NCBI GenBank assembly: GCA_000004695.1
Contig: CM000150.2
Coordinates: 2,368,001 to 2,432,000, forward strand
Direction: 5' to 3'
Source of the DNA: Dictyostelium discoideum
Lineage: Eukaryota
Length of the DNA stretch: 64,000 nucleotides
Positions 1 to 27,861 of this stretch are shown here, one piece after another; within the stretch, counting starts at the first letter, position 1; the number at the start of each line of letters is the position of its first letter. A program made the translations under genes and the position numbers. Below the pieces are notes generated by a model that worked only from the letters and a program-made list of their open reading frames with translations, did no database searches and was not told the DNA's origin.

Positions 1-297
1 ATAACAATACCACAATCAAAAACGACCTAAAAAAATTGTACAATTGAAATTTTGTCTTTTTTTTTTTTGAACTAGATTACTCAATTATTACTTCTCCTTG
101 AATGAAAAAATTTTGTGTTTAGCATGTAAGATTCAACATTGAATATCTTAATACAACTACTTAAGGAGACTTTCCATTACTATTATTTCTACTAGTGATA
201 AGCAAACATTTAAATTTAATTTATAATTTTATTTTTGCCAATAAATTAACCTCATCATGGCATCGAACATGCGATCTTTTGTGGAAAAAAAGAAAAG

Positions 298-369
298 CTC
301 CCCATTCGGGAATCGAACCCGAGGTACCAGTGTGAAAGACTAGAGTGTTACCGACTACACCAATGAGGA
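298..369 (-). tRNA. tRNA-Glu (anticodon TTC)
   Basis: The reverse complement folds as a cloverleaf with acceptor TCCTCAT/ATGGGGA and anticodon stem CTAGT/ACTGG. The anticodon loop is CTTTCAC and the T-arm is TCGGGTTCGATTCCCGA. Confidence 0.7.
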
Positions 370-416
370 ATTTCATGAAAAATTAATTACAATAGTAGTA
401 TTGGTAGTTGTAAAAT

Positions 417-1190
417 AAATTTATTCTTATTCAAAAGTAAGAAGTAAAATACACTGCTCATATTGATGGGTTAAAGCAAAATCTCCTCGGGACATGTCCA
501 TGTATAACTGACCAATAAGTATCGCAACCAAAAAACTCCTAAATGAGGGATTACAATACTATCATCGAATCTGGGGAGGTAGCTTCCAAAAACCATCCGA
601 CGGCACAACGGCCGACAGGTTACCCCGGTATGGCACAAGCGAAGCCGTTGGTTAGTCAGTCACTGCAACAGTAAACGTGTGGCACACTGGCGAGACACTT
701 CAAGTAACGGGAAGGAGGCTGATGCCTCTGGGACACAAAGTAAGTCGATAAAAGTAAAAATATATAAAAAGACGAATGGCGAGTGAGTGGCGCGAGAGAT
801 GAGAGCGAGTGTCGGTCACGAAAGTGGCTTAAGGTTTCACCGATAGTATGAGTGGAGGTTGGGTAGTTGTGGCACCATCAACTTCAAGACCCCCCATAGT
901 GTCGGCCGAGGATAAAATAAAAAAATGATTTAGAAAAAAGTTTGGACAAAAAAGATGTTTTAATCAAAAGTAATAATACAATTCAAAATTTGAAACAAAA
1001 AAAAAAAAAAAAAAAAAAAAAGTAAACTAACCTCTTTTAGAGACCCTGTAAAAAACTACAAATAAAATGAGATCTAGCATCTCAAGGAGAAGAAAGTAAT
1101 AATTGCGTTATCCAATTCAAAAAAAGTAGTTGTAAACAGGAGAAGCAACTAATAATTGCGTTATCCAATTCAAAAAAAAAAAAAGTAGTT
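417..1190 (+). mobile_element. TRE5-type retroelement remnant, head-to-head and ~48 bp upstream of tRNA-Glu. It has an unusual GC-rich 5' part at 470-912, followed by a TRE5-A B-module fragment and a C-module with a duplicated tail.
   Basis: Bases 912-1000 match the TRE5-A B-module and the ORF1 5' codons (DDKIKKDLEKSLDKKDVLIKSNNTIQN). Bases 1030-1190 match the C-module (gagatctagcatctcaaggagaag...ttgcgttatccaattcaaaaaaa), present twice. The 5' boundary lies at tRNA end + 48 bp. Confidence 0.5.
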
Positions 1191-1204
1191 GTAAATGTAC
1201 AAGA

Positions 1205-1440
1205 AAAGTTAGGTTTACTGATATGTATAAACAATGTTGATTATATAGTTGTAATGGTTGAAGTGAAAAATCTCATGCTAAATGATAGTCCCTCCAGAAG
1301 TAATAGTGGTAGAAGTGGTAGTAGTAGAACAAGAAAGTAAAGTTTGGTTTACTGATATGTATAAACAATGTCGATTATATATATAGTTGTAATGGTTAAA
1401 GTGAAAATCTCACGTTTATGATAGCCCATCCTGAAATAGC
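1205..1440. repeat. Two tandem ~135-bp direct repeats (agtttggtttactgatatgtataaacaatgt.gattatata...gttgtaatggtt.aagtgaaaa.tctca), followed by a poly(A) tract at 1621-1680. Possibly the 3' end of an unclassified element.
   Basis: Read directly from the sequence. The two copies are ~90% identical. Confidence 0.5.
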
Positions 1441-1689
1441 AGTAGAAATAGGAGTAAAAGATAGTTAAGAAGTGATAGTAATAGTAAATTGAAGTTCCAG
1501 TCATTAGATTCAGTGTTACAAATCCATGCAAGAATATAGGTAATAGAGTTGTTCAAGTCGAAGTGACAGTTTTGTTATTTAACAATTTCAAGAAATTTTC
1601 AAGGTCTACATCTTTGGAAATCAAAAAAAAAAAAAAATCAAAATCAAATCAAATCAAAAAAAAAAAAAAAAAAAAAAAAAATATATTAT

Positions 1690-2068
1690 TGTTTTTTTCT
1701 AAGAAAGAGAGTGGTCTTGTGATTGATGGAGGTGTAATGATATCTAATTGATTATCAAGTCCTTTGTTTAGTGAGAGTTGGTTTGTTGGGGTTTGTTTTT
1801 TAGGTGTGTAGATTTTTGCGCTTTTGTTTTTTGTTGTTGAGGTTGTGGAGGTATTATTTGTATTGGTTGTGTTGTTATCTGTATGATTTAACTGTAATTC
1901 AGTTGAGTGATCATCAGCCATTGTTGAAAAGTATATAGGACGATAGCCCTTGCTTTAATGAGCAAAAATAGGGTAAAATTATGAGGAATGAATGTGGCGG
2001 TGAAGATATAACAGTGATTTATTTATTATATGTATAAATTCTCGTTTATTTCTTTGTTTTTTTCGGTT
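1690..2068 (-). mobile_element. TRE3-family element, 5' fragment (5'UTR plus the first 77 codons of ORF1, MADDHSTELQLNHTDNN...). It is downstream of the minus-strand tRNA-Gln.
   Basis: Near-identical to the 5' end of the TRE3 copy at 30483-31100. The ORF track gives a 90-aa ORF1 fragment at 1649-1921. Confidence 0.7.
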
Positions 2069-2124
2069 TCGTTTATCAATTAGGAATCGAACCAACAACC
2101 TATTTTTAGTTTTTTAAAAAAAAA

Positions 2125-2197
2125 TGGTTCTACTGAGACTCGAACTCAGATTACAGGATTCAAAGTCCTGGGTGCTAACCAATTACACTATAAAACC
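2125..2197 (-). tRNA. tRNA-Gln (anticodon TTG)
   Basis: The reverse complement is GGTTTTATAGTGTAATTGGTTAGCACCCAGGACTTTGAATCCTG...TAGAACCA. The anticodon loop is CTTTGAA. An exB-like box (ggttcgattcct) lies ~25-45 bp downstream at 2082-2100. Confidence 0.85.
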
Positions 2198-3017
2198 TTT
2201 TGATTTTTTATGTAATAAAGTTACTCTATAAAATTAATAGATATTAAATATGCATATTACATTACTAATTATAGTTGACACACATTTAAATAATATATAA
2301 TAATAATAATAATAATAATACTGTCAACTCATTATAAACAATATAAATACTAAAGAATAATTTTATTAACAATATTGAATATTATAAATATAAACTAATA
2401 TTAAATAAAGATAACAAAGTATTATTCAATTATATAATTATTAATTATATATATTTATAAAGCTAACAAGCTTTATTACATTTAATAATGAACGTCGTAT
2501 TCCAATTCCTATGTAAACTTTTGATAATTTGTATACCTTATATACTTGTGTGACCCTTGAACACACAGAAATAATTAATAATAAATAATAAATAATATTA
2601 TATATCTTATAATATTATATGTAATAAAGTTTTGTTTGTGCACAATTTTGAATAAAACAACAATGAATTAATTTTTATTTTATTTACTATTTTTACTAAA
2701 ATTAATTTTACTAAAGAAACCGTTGGTAAAATTTCTGAGAATAAAGTAAGAATCTTGTATTTTTTAACATCTTTTCAGTTTCAGATCTATTTCTATATTT
2801 GTATTTTACTAGGGATAAAAACTTTATAAAAAAATTTATGTCGCTTAATTATTCGCGATTATTACATTCTTAATTAAAACGTCGTATGTCAGTCTCCTCC
2901 CCATATTCGATTATAGTATTTTTATCCCTCATTTCGGGAGTTTTGAGTTTGTGTTGCTTAATATTCGTGGGATTATTTAATATGATAACTGCTATTTTAA
3001 AAAAAAAAAAATATCAA

Positions 3018-3090
3018 GGTTTTATAGTGTAATTGGTTAGCACCCAGGACTTTGAATCCTGTAATCTGAGTTCGAGTCTCAGTAGAACCA
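3018..3090 (+). tRNA. tRNA-Gln (anticodon TTG), an identical inverted copy
   Basis: Same 73-nt sequence as 2125-2197 on the opposite strand. An exB-like box lies at 3118-3135. Confidence 0.85.
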
Positions 3091-3149
3091 TTTTTCCCAC
3101 CCCTAAATAAAAGGTAGTAGGTTCGATTCCTATTTTGGTGAAATCTAAT

Positions 3150-3450
3150 TGAGAAAGGAAATTGGAATATTCAAGAACATTATCAAACTTTAACCATACT
3201 CAATTAAAAACAACCTCACAAAAACTCAAAAAGAAACCCAAACCATCAAAAAATTTAAAAAAGAATGGAGCATAAACACTAATGAACCAATTCCAACAAT
3301 TACACCACCAATTAATTATTAATTACCTAATCTAAAATAACATACCATTTTAAATTCACAAAAACTAAAAACCTAAAATAAATAAATATAAATAACATAC
3401 TAATTGTATACTACAATAGTTTATTTATATCAAAAAAAAAAAAAAAAAAT
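3150..3450 (+). mobile_element. TRE3-family element, extreme 3' fragment (last ~57 codons of ORF2 ending ...EPIPTITPPINY, then 3'UTR and oligo(A))
   Basis: The protein and 3'UTR match the reverse complement of the 42880-43100 copy. It lies downstream of the plus-strand tRNA-Gln and its exB box. Confidence 0.7.
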
Positions 3451-3551
3451 GAGAAAGGAAACAAAATATGGCAAAAAAAAAAAAAAAAAAAGAAAATTAT
3501 TATTTGAAAATTTATTTATTTTATTTTATTTTACTTATTTATTTTAATTTA

Positions 3552-17174
<13,623 letters not shown>

Positions 17175-17271
17175 TTTTATTTTATTTTTTATTTTATTTA
17201 TTTACTATGTTTGTTTTTTTTTTTTTTTTTTTATTTTTCCGATGCACTTTTTTTTTTTTTTTACTATGAGT

Positions 17272-17306
<35 letters not shown>

Positions 17307-17669
17307 TTGTTATATTTTTTATTATAACTAATTTTATTTTCTCTTTATTTTAAAAAAATATATTGTTTACTTTATTTGAATTTATTTAATGCACACAATA
17401 TATATTTTTCCATAAAAATTTTCATGGCAATTGAAGGATAAAAAAAAAAAGTAAAAATAAAAATAAAAATAAAAAAATTTGAAAATAAAAAAAAAACAAA
17501 ATGAAAGTGAAATAATTAAAAAAATTAAAAAAATAAAAAATAATAAAAATAAACGAGCATAATTGAAATTGAAAACGAAAACCTGTTTATTTTTATTTTT
17601 ATTTTTATTTTTATTTTTCCATCTTAATTATTTTTATTTTTTTTTATTTTTTATTTTTTTTAAAGATCC

Positions 17670-17915
17670 TCACACATAAGTTGTACATCCACTATCATCG
17701 CTACTATTATTAAGATGTTGTTGTTGTTGTTGGTGATGGTATTGATGAGAATGGTGATGAATAATATTACTACTATTCTCCAGTTCCTCACCTTCCTTCT
17801 TTAAATTATTAATTTGTTCTTTTAGTTTTTCAATCTCTTGAAGTAATTGTTCGTTCTTCTTTCTATTTTCAGAGATTGATTCTCCAATAAGTTTTGACGA
17901 TGGTGATGATAAAGT

Positions 17916-18005
<90 letters not shown>

Positions 18006-18578
18006 TTGTCTCTCTTCCTTCATTGATTCAATAGAATTATCATTAAATTCCTTCACAGTATGTTGATAATTTTGAGATTGATAGTTTTGAGATGATGATG
18101 TTGTTGTTGTTTTTAATTTTTTAATTATATTATGAGATTCAAAGAATAGGGTTGAAATGAAATTAGTTATAGGTTCACCACCAAATTTAAAAATACGTAT
18201 AGTTATACTCTTTTTATTAGAGCTATCATTTGTATTGCTACTATTAAAATTGCTGCTACTGCTACTACTACTACTATTACTACTACTACTAAAATTATCA
18301 ATATCCAAAATCAACTCTTTATTTAATAATGATTCGTTGAATATACCATTTCTAACTGATTGGAATTGAAATAATTCTTTACAAATATTCATTTGAATTT
18401 CAACCAATCTCTTTGTAATTTCAATACCACTAGATTCAAATGAAACACCCATTGATTCTAATCTTTCTTTTAATTGAATCCTTTGATAAAAGAAATTAAA
18501 ACAAATTAATGATCTATATGAAAATAATTTTGATAAACATTCATTATATAATTTCATTTCATTTTCTAAATTATTATC

Positions 18579-18629
<51 letters not shown>

Positions 18630-18935
18630 ACTTCCACCACCACCAAAATGAATACTAGTTGAAATAACAGAGGACCATGGTGTAACATTAGAATTATTTG
18701 ATTGATTTGATGACAAAATAACATTCTTTTCAACATCTAATTGAACATTCTTTTTAATTTGCAAAATGTTATCTAAAAATTCATTATAACTTCTCTTATT
18801 ATTTACAATAGTTTCACGAATAGATAATACACTTCCACTATATTTTTGATAAACTCTTTTCATATGCATAACATTATCATAAAATAAATCTTTTTCAAAA
18901 TTATTATAATTAAAAATAAAATTTAAAATATCCAT
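17670..18935 (-). CDS. Truncated paralogue of the giant gene (421 aa; one repeat module, a coiled-coil, then a His/Gln-rich tail)
   Basis: The N-terminus MDILNFIFNY...KYSGSVLSIRETIV matches module 4 of the giant protein (KYSGSLLDIRETIV). It also carries FFYQRIQLKERLE and FKFGGEPI motifs. It is on the same strand, 500 bp upstream of the giant gene's ATG. Confidence 0.6.
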
Positions 18936-19059
18936 TATGACTTGATCACTTCTAAAATATTTAAAAATAAAATAATATAAAATAAATATTAATTTAGAAA
19001 TAATTAATATTAATTTGTTTTTTTTTTTTTTTCAAAAATATAATCAAAAAAATGGTTTC

Positions 19060-21254
<2,195 letters not shown>

Positions 21255-21896
21255 ATATGTATATATAAATACTAATTAAATTAATAATGAATATGAATAT
21301 ATGGGTAAATAAAGAAAAAAGATATGTCCAATAAAAAAAAAAAATTATTAAAAAAAAAAAAAATTATTAAAAAAAAAAAAAAAAAAAAAAAATTTACAAA
21401 AAAAAAAAAAAAAAAAAAAAGAAAAAGAAAAGAAAAAGGCAAAATATATGTGTATATTATATATTGACACAACTCTTAACTTTTTTTTTTAAAATATTGA
21501 AAAAAAAAAAAAATTTTAATTAAATTTGGTCCAATATTTTTTTTAATTTTTTTTTTTTAAAATATTTTTTTTTAATTTAATTTTGATTTTTATTTTTTTT
21601 TATTTTTTATTTTTTTTTTTCTTTTTGAACTCCTCTTTTAAATAGATTTTCAAATCATCACTTTCAATTTTTTATATATCTCGATATTTTGGGTGGTTTG
21701 TTAGTTTAGATTCCAATAAAACCAATTTCGATAATTTTTTTTTTTTTTTTTTAAAAAAAATTTATTTTTTATATTTTTATTTAAAATTCACCACCACAAC
21801 AACGAATACTCCAAAAACAATAATTTTTTGTACCCCTCAATAAATTGTTTTTTTTTTTATTTAGAAAATTACAATTATTAAACAAATAAAAAAAAA

Positions 21897-22193
21897 ATGA
21901 CACAAACAGTTTTTAAAGTTACAATGACAGAAATAATGGAAAGTAGTCAAATATTTTTCGCAATTTTAAAAGGTAAATTTCAAAGTGAATTTAAAGAAGA
22001 AGACTTTTCAACAAATCCAATGAAATATATTGGCGATGATTATACAATAGAAAATGAAGAAGAAGAATCAGTCCCTCAAGAGAAATATCAAGAGCTTGTT
22101 TCAAGCTCTGATTATATTTGGATAAAATGTACAAAATTTAACCCACAAAATAAAGATATTGAATTGGATGTAATTGGATTTAGAAGAAAATAA
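21897..22193 (+). CDS. Hypothetical small protein (98 aa)
   Basis: A non-repetitive ORF with Dictyostelium-like codon usage, and AT-rich tracts upstream and downstream. No recognisable domain. Confidence 0.3.
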   Translation: MTQTVFKVTMTEIMESSQIFFAILKGKFQSEFKEEDFSTNPMKYIGDDYTIENEEEESVPQEKYQELVSSSDYIWIKCTKFNPQNKDIELDVIGFRRK

Positions 22194-22364
22194 AAACAAA
22201 ATAAAAATAAATAAATAAAAATAAATTTTAAACAATAATATATCATAATAAAATTATTAAAATTTTAAATAAATTGATATCCAAGTTTAAGGACATAATA
22301 ATCTCATAGAAAAAATTTTCGGGAATCGAACCACCGCCCTGTGTTTTATTAGGGCAAAAACTAT

Positions 22365-22437
22365 CGCCTAGACATGGGATCGAACCATGGACCTAGCGGT
22401 TAACAGCCGCTCGCTCTGCCTACTGAGCCATCCAGGC
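22365..22437 (-). tRNA. tRNA-Asn (anticodon GTT)
   Basis: The reverse complement is GCCTGGATGGCTCAGTAGGCAGAGCGAGCGGCTGTTAACCGCTAGGTCCATGGTTCGATCCCATGTCTAGGCG. An exB-like box ggtggttcgattcc lies at 22322-22340. Confidence 0.85.
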
Positions 22438-22484
22438 ATTTTTGATGAAAATTCGTTATTTTTGCTCCTATTGATTTTTAATAG

Positions 22485-22751
22485 AGATCGAAAAAAACAA
22501 ACAACAACAACAATCTCTTTTTTTGATTATTTCATTTTTCATATAAAAAAGACTTAAAAAACAAATAAATAAATAAATAAACTATTTTAAAAAGCCATCT
22601 TTTTACTTTATTGTAATTTATTATTTGTTTCGTTTTGAGAATTTTGCGTAGCAAAATTTTCAAAAAAAAAGCAAAAAATAATCAGATCGAAAAAAACAAA
22701 CAACAACAACAATCTCTTTTTTTGATTATTTCATTTTTCATATAAAAAAGA

Positions 22752-22803
<52 letters not shown>

Positions 22804-24509
22804 GGAACCAAGTTAATTAGAAAATTTCCAGATTTTTAACTTTTTAAAGAAAAATAAAAAAGATAGAAAGAAAATAAAATGAAAATCACAAACAACACCA
22901 CAAATATTAAGCAACACAAATGCCTACAAAAAATAAGCGAAATTGTGGATAAAACTCAATTAAAAAAAAAACAATTCAAATACGTCATAAACATCAATCA
23001 CGAACCAGACGATAAAATAAAAAAAGATTTAGAAAAAAGTTTGGACAAAAAAGATGTTTTAATCAAAAGTAATAATACATTCAAAATTCTCACAGACAGT
23101 ATTAGTACAGTAATCTATTTTGTAAATATGTTTGATGCAGAATTAAAAGGACAATTTATAACCACTATAAGACCAAAAAATATGTATACAGATTTTGATT
23201 GGTATAAATCACTCACAGAAATAGAATGGGTAATAGAAAATGAAGGATGTAAACTAATTAAATCAGAAATTAAAGGCGAAACTCTAATTATCAAAACAGT
23301 GAAAAGAGTCGTAGAAGAATTTGACACTATCATTGAACTAGACAATCTAACATTAATTGGACACTCCAACAAAGGATGGAGAGATCAAACCTCATTACCA
23401 GAAAATCAAGAAGAAAACAAAAATAAAAAACAATCAGATGAACAACAACCACAATCTACATCAGAACAAATACCAAAACAAGGAAAAAGAACAATCATTA
23501 TCCCACCAATCACATCCTCATCTAATGATAAAACATTTATGGCCCTAGATGATACAGCTCAAAAGGTAATAGAAGCATCACTAGAAAACGTAGATGAACT
23601 AACAAGAATAGAGAATGAGATCAATACACAATCGATAAACAATCAAGAAATTAAAACAAAATCAGAAAAACCTATCGAACCACCATCTCCATACAATACA
23701 CCAATAAAACAACACGGCGAAACAAAGGGACTAACAACGGAAGAAAAACTTAGAGAGGCAAATGATATCTTCGACTTCACCAGCCCAAACACTGATGCAA
23801 TAAGAAAAATAGAATTCCCACTTTCAATCCCTTCAAATCAATGGTTCTTCTCCTCTCCAATAAAACATATCATGAGTTTCAGCCCAACCTATGGTACACC
23901 ATCGAAAATTATCGATTCACCAAGTAAATTGTTAAACACACCAAAAAAGAAACAACAAGACAAAACAAACAAGACCAACAAAACACCAGTCAAACCAAAA
24001 TTGGGTGAATATGGACAAAAAAGCATAAAAACAAAAATGGATGAAGATATAGACAACTTCAACAAGGAAATTCTAAAACAAATCAATAAATCAAAAAACC
24101 CCACAAACACACAAGACCAACAACACAACGAACAAAGTAAAGATCAGTTAGAAGACAAAATAAACCAGAAACTTCAAAAGGTAGATAAAAATCTACCCCA
24201 AATAAAACTATAAAGAAAAACACAATAAGAATAGGTGTTTGGAACGTCCAAGGATCCAACACCATCCAATCTGCCAGCATAATAAACACCGTTTTAGACA
24301 ACAACAAGCTGGACGCAGCACTTCTAACTGAAACAAATATAAAAACAAATAAAATTTACTCAATAAATCAACAATATAAAAACAAAATAACACACCACGC
24401 ACCAATTGATAAAACAGGACAAGGGGTGTCACAAATCATCATCAACACCCGTAATAGAACTTCCTAAACATCTCAAAAAATACAATAATTCACTCAGTAC
24501 TTTCTATAA

Positions 24510-24567
<58 letters not shown>

Positions 24568-24890
24568 CAAGTTAATCAGAAAAATAAAAAAGATAGAAAG
24601 AAAATAAAATGAAAATCACAAACAACACCACAAATATTAAGCAACACAAATGCCTACAAAAAATAAGCGAAATTGTGGATAAAACTCAATTAAAAAAAAA
24701 ACAATTCAAATACGTCATAAACATCAATCACGAACCAGACGATAAAATAAAAAAAGATTTAGAAAAAAGTTTGGACAAAAAAGATGTTTTAATCAAAAAG
24801 ACCCTGTAAAAAAAAAAAAAAAATAAAATGAGATCTAGCATCTCAAGGAGAAGCAAATAATAATTGCGTTATCCAATTCAAAAAAAAAAT
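22485..24890 (+). mobile_element. TRE5-A retrotransposon, an internally deleted (TRE5-A.2-like) copy. Its layout is: A-module plus a partial second A-module, oligo(A), B-module, intact ORF1 (22879-24213, 444 aa), ORF2 reduced to its first ~80 and last ~20 codons (24213-24478), oligo(A), partial 3' B-module, C-module.
   Basis: The element starts 48 bp upstream of tRNA-Asn, in head-to-head orientation. The ORF2 start (WNVQGSNTIQSASIINTVLDNNKLDAALLTETN) is joined directly to the ORF2 end (...IELPKHLKKYNNSLSTFYK). The C-module motif is gagatctagcatctcaaggagaagcaaataataattgcgttatccaattc. Confidence 0.8.
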
Positions 24891-24904
24891 TATTTATTTA
24901 TTTT

Positions 24905-25095
24905 TTAACACAAGCGGTTATAAACAAAACATTAAGAATCAAATCAAAGCAACGGCCAGAAGAACAAAATAAATTAGACTCACTAATCTCGCTAAAGCTA
25001 TTACAATTTAGCAGACAATGGAACTCACCTCTTCACTCAATAGAACTTCCTAAACATCTCAAAAAATACAATAATTCACTCAGTACTTTCTATAA

Positions 25096-25162
<67 letters not shown>

Positions 25163-25610
25163 GGAACCCAAGTTAATCAGAAAATTTCCAGATTTTAACT
25201 TTTTAAAGAAAAATATAAAAAAATAGAAAGAAAATAAAATGAAAATCACAAACAACACCACAAATATTAAGCAACACAAATGCCTACAAAAAATAAGCGA
25301 AATTGTGGATAAAACTCAATTAAAAAAAAAACAATTCAAATACGTCATAAACATCAATCACGAACCAGACGATAAAATAAAAAAAGATTTAGAAAAAAGT
25401 TTGGACAAAAAAGATGTTTTAATCAAAAGTAATAATACAATTCAAAATTCGAAAAAAAAAAAAAAAAAAAAAAAAAAAGGTAAACCAACCCCTCTTTTAG
25501 AGACCCTGTAAAAAAAAAAAAAATAAAATAAAATGAGATCTAGCATCTCAAGGAGAAGCAAATAATAATTGCGTTATCCAATTCAAAAAAAAAAAATTAT
25601 TTATTTTTTT
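24905..25610 (+). mobile_element. TRE5-A, 5'-truncated copy (ORF2 tail, oligo(A), 3' B-module, C-module) in tandem with the preceding element
   Basis: The ORF2 3' end (RAAW...QRPEEQNKLDSLISLKLLQFSRQWNSPLH...STFYK) is followed by the B-module (25160-25440) and the C-module (25480-25610). Confidence 0.7.
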
Positions 25611-25898
25611 TTTTTTATTTTTTTTTCTTTGGAAAATTGTTTTTTATTTTCATTAACTGGCTTCACTTGGTTATCATGAAAAAATACTGACTTTTTGAAT
25701 TGGATAGTTTCTATCCTCAAGGATACAAGTCCAACTTGTTCTCATTTTTTAAAAGAAACTCTAAAATACATATCCCACTTAAAATAATACAAAAAAAAAA
25801 ATTCCATATTGTTATATTTTATTTTTACATTTTAAAAATTTTATTTTTTAAATAATTTATTATGATACAAATTTAGAAAAGAAAAAAAAAAAAAACAA

Positions 25899-26496
25899 TT
25901 ACCACCAATATAACGGATAAGATCGTTTTCTAGCAAAATTATTTACAACCAATGCAGTTAATAACATTATAAGTGCACCTGATAAAATTGGTACAAATAT
26001 AAAGTAAAAGCCTCTCCAACGTTGTTCAACACCCATAACGCAGATTAAAGCAGTGGCTCCACCTGGTGGATGTAAAGAATTTGTAAATTGCATTAACATA
26101 ATCGATAAACTTACAGCCAAAGCACATGCAACTTCAAAATTGGCATTGGTATATACTAAAGCAACTCTAATAACCGAACCAACTACTGCAGATAGGAAAT
26201 GACCCATAATTAAATTTCTTGGTTGAGCTAATGGGGATTTTGGTACACCAAATATAATCACAGCAGAAGCAGCAAAAGAACCAATCAAAACTTGCATTTG
26301 AGCATCAAGTGCTTCACGATAATGAATTAAAGCTAAAACTAGAATACCAGTAAATGAAGCCAACCAAGTCCACCCTATCTCTTCTAAATCTGGTATTGGT
26401 GGTCTTTTATCTTTACCAGTTCCTAACCATTTTTTAAAATATTGAATTATATACATTTTTATACAAAATAAAGTTTTTTTAAATTTTCTGTCTTCA

Positions 26497-26565
<69 letters not shown>

Positions 26566-26756
26566 TCACCATTTTCAAAACTTTCAATTTTCTTTTCACC
26601 TCTACGCACATCATCTTCTGAAATATCAATTTTTTCTAAATTTCTATTTATTGATTGGTCTATTGAAATTTCAAGGTTTGTTGATTGTGACATATCAATA
26701 CTTGATGATGATGAAATATCACTACCAATATTTCTTTCCAAATTTCTATCTTCCAT
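25899..26756 (-). CDS. HPP-family integral membrane protein (285 aa)
   Basis: Four or five predicted TM helices and the diagnostic HPPGGA motif (...FTNSLHPPGGATALI...). An N-terminal poly-Asn tract. The stop lies at 25899. Confidence 0.7.
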
Positions 26757-26989
26757 TTTTTTTTTTTTTTTCTTTTTTATTTATGAAAATTTATTTATAT
26801 ACCTTCAATAATTTTAGTCAAAGAAGATTGATTAATAATTTTTTTTTTTTTTTTTTCTATTTTTTTTTTCTGTTTTTTTTTTTTTTTTTTTTTTAAATAG
26901 GATTTATAAATAAATTTAATAATAGCCTCATTTTTTAAATAAAATTAATTAACAATAAAACACTACAAGGTATTAAAGTATTAAAGTTC

Positions 26990-27028
<39 letters not shown>

Positions 27029-27560
27029 AACATAGGAAAAAATGGATTTTAAAAAAAAAAAATTTTACAATAACCATGTTTGTAAAATAATTATTATAAT
27101 AAAAACAAAAAAAATAAAATTAAAAATAAGCTTATCATTAATTGAAATTTACCTTGGCGATCAAAAAATAATTATAACACCACAACACACCATAAAAAAA
27201 AAAATAAAAAAATAAAAAAAAACAAAAACAAAAAAAAAAAAACAAAAACAAAAAAAAAAAAATAAGAAAAATGGATTGAGAGGTGCGTAAAAGATATTCG
27301 ATATGTTGGGGTGCAGTGTTGTGGAAAATTTATTTTATAAAATTTTGAGAGTTTTTGACCAGGGTCTTTATAATAAAAGTTTTTTTTAATTTTTTTATTA
27401 AAAAAAAATTTTATGGTGAATGGTAGTGCATTTCGAAAAAAAAAAAAATTAAAAAAAAAATAAAAAAAAAAATAAAAAATCAAATTATTTCGATTTCTTT
27501 GCACACACCCATTGTGAAAGAAAATAATAGAGGTTAAAAAACGTAATTAATTAACAACCG

Positions 27561-27592
<32 letters not shown>

Positions 27593-27861
27593 AAAACAGA
27601 AATTTTATAAACATAAAATAGTTATGATATTTTTATTCATCATATTATTTAATTATTTTCATCAAATTTTTTAATCTTTCAACACACCATCTTGATATTA
27701 AATAAAAATGATATCTTGGTGCTTGTTAACAAAAAATATCTTTTTTTTTTTTTAATTTTTAATTTTTTTTGTTTTTATTTTTTTTATTTTTTATTTTTTT
27801 TTTTTTATTTTTTTATTTTTTTAATTTTTTATTTTATTTTTTTTTTCTATAAATAAAAAAA

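Noticed and set aside
17440-17625. An inverted repeat of (aaaat)n / (atttt)n blocks between the giant gene and its upstream paralogue.
   Set aside because: It is low-complexity AT-rich sequence of the kind that forms such pseudo-palindromes by chance in this genome. There is no specific evidence that it is a terminator.
18936-19059. Possibility that the 708-aa and 421-aa ORFs are exons of one gene joined across a 124-bp GTAAGA...TTTTAG intron.
   Set aside because: Using the canonical TTTTAG acceptor gives an immediate in-frame stop. Only a non-canonical TAGAAG acceptor preserves the frame. They are kept as separate genes, but the question is flagged under findings.
21190-21250. A 60-nt poly(dT) tract and neighbouring long A and T runs in the 21.2-21.9 kb intergenic region.
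   Set aside because: These are typical Dictyostelium promoter and intergenic homopolymers, with nothing locus-specific to report.
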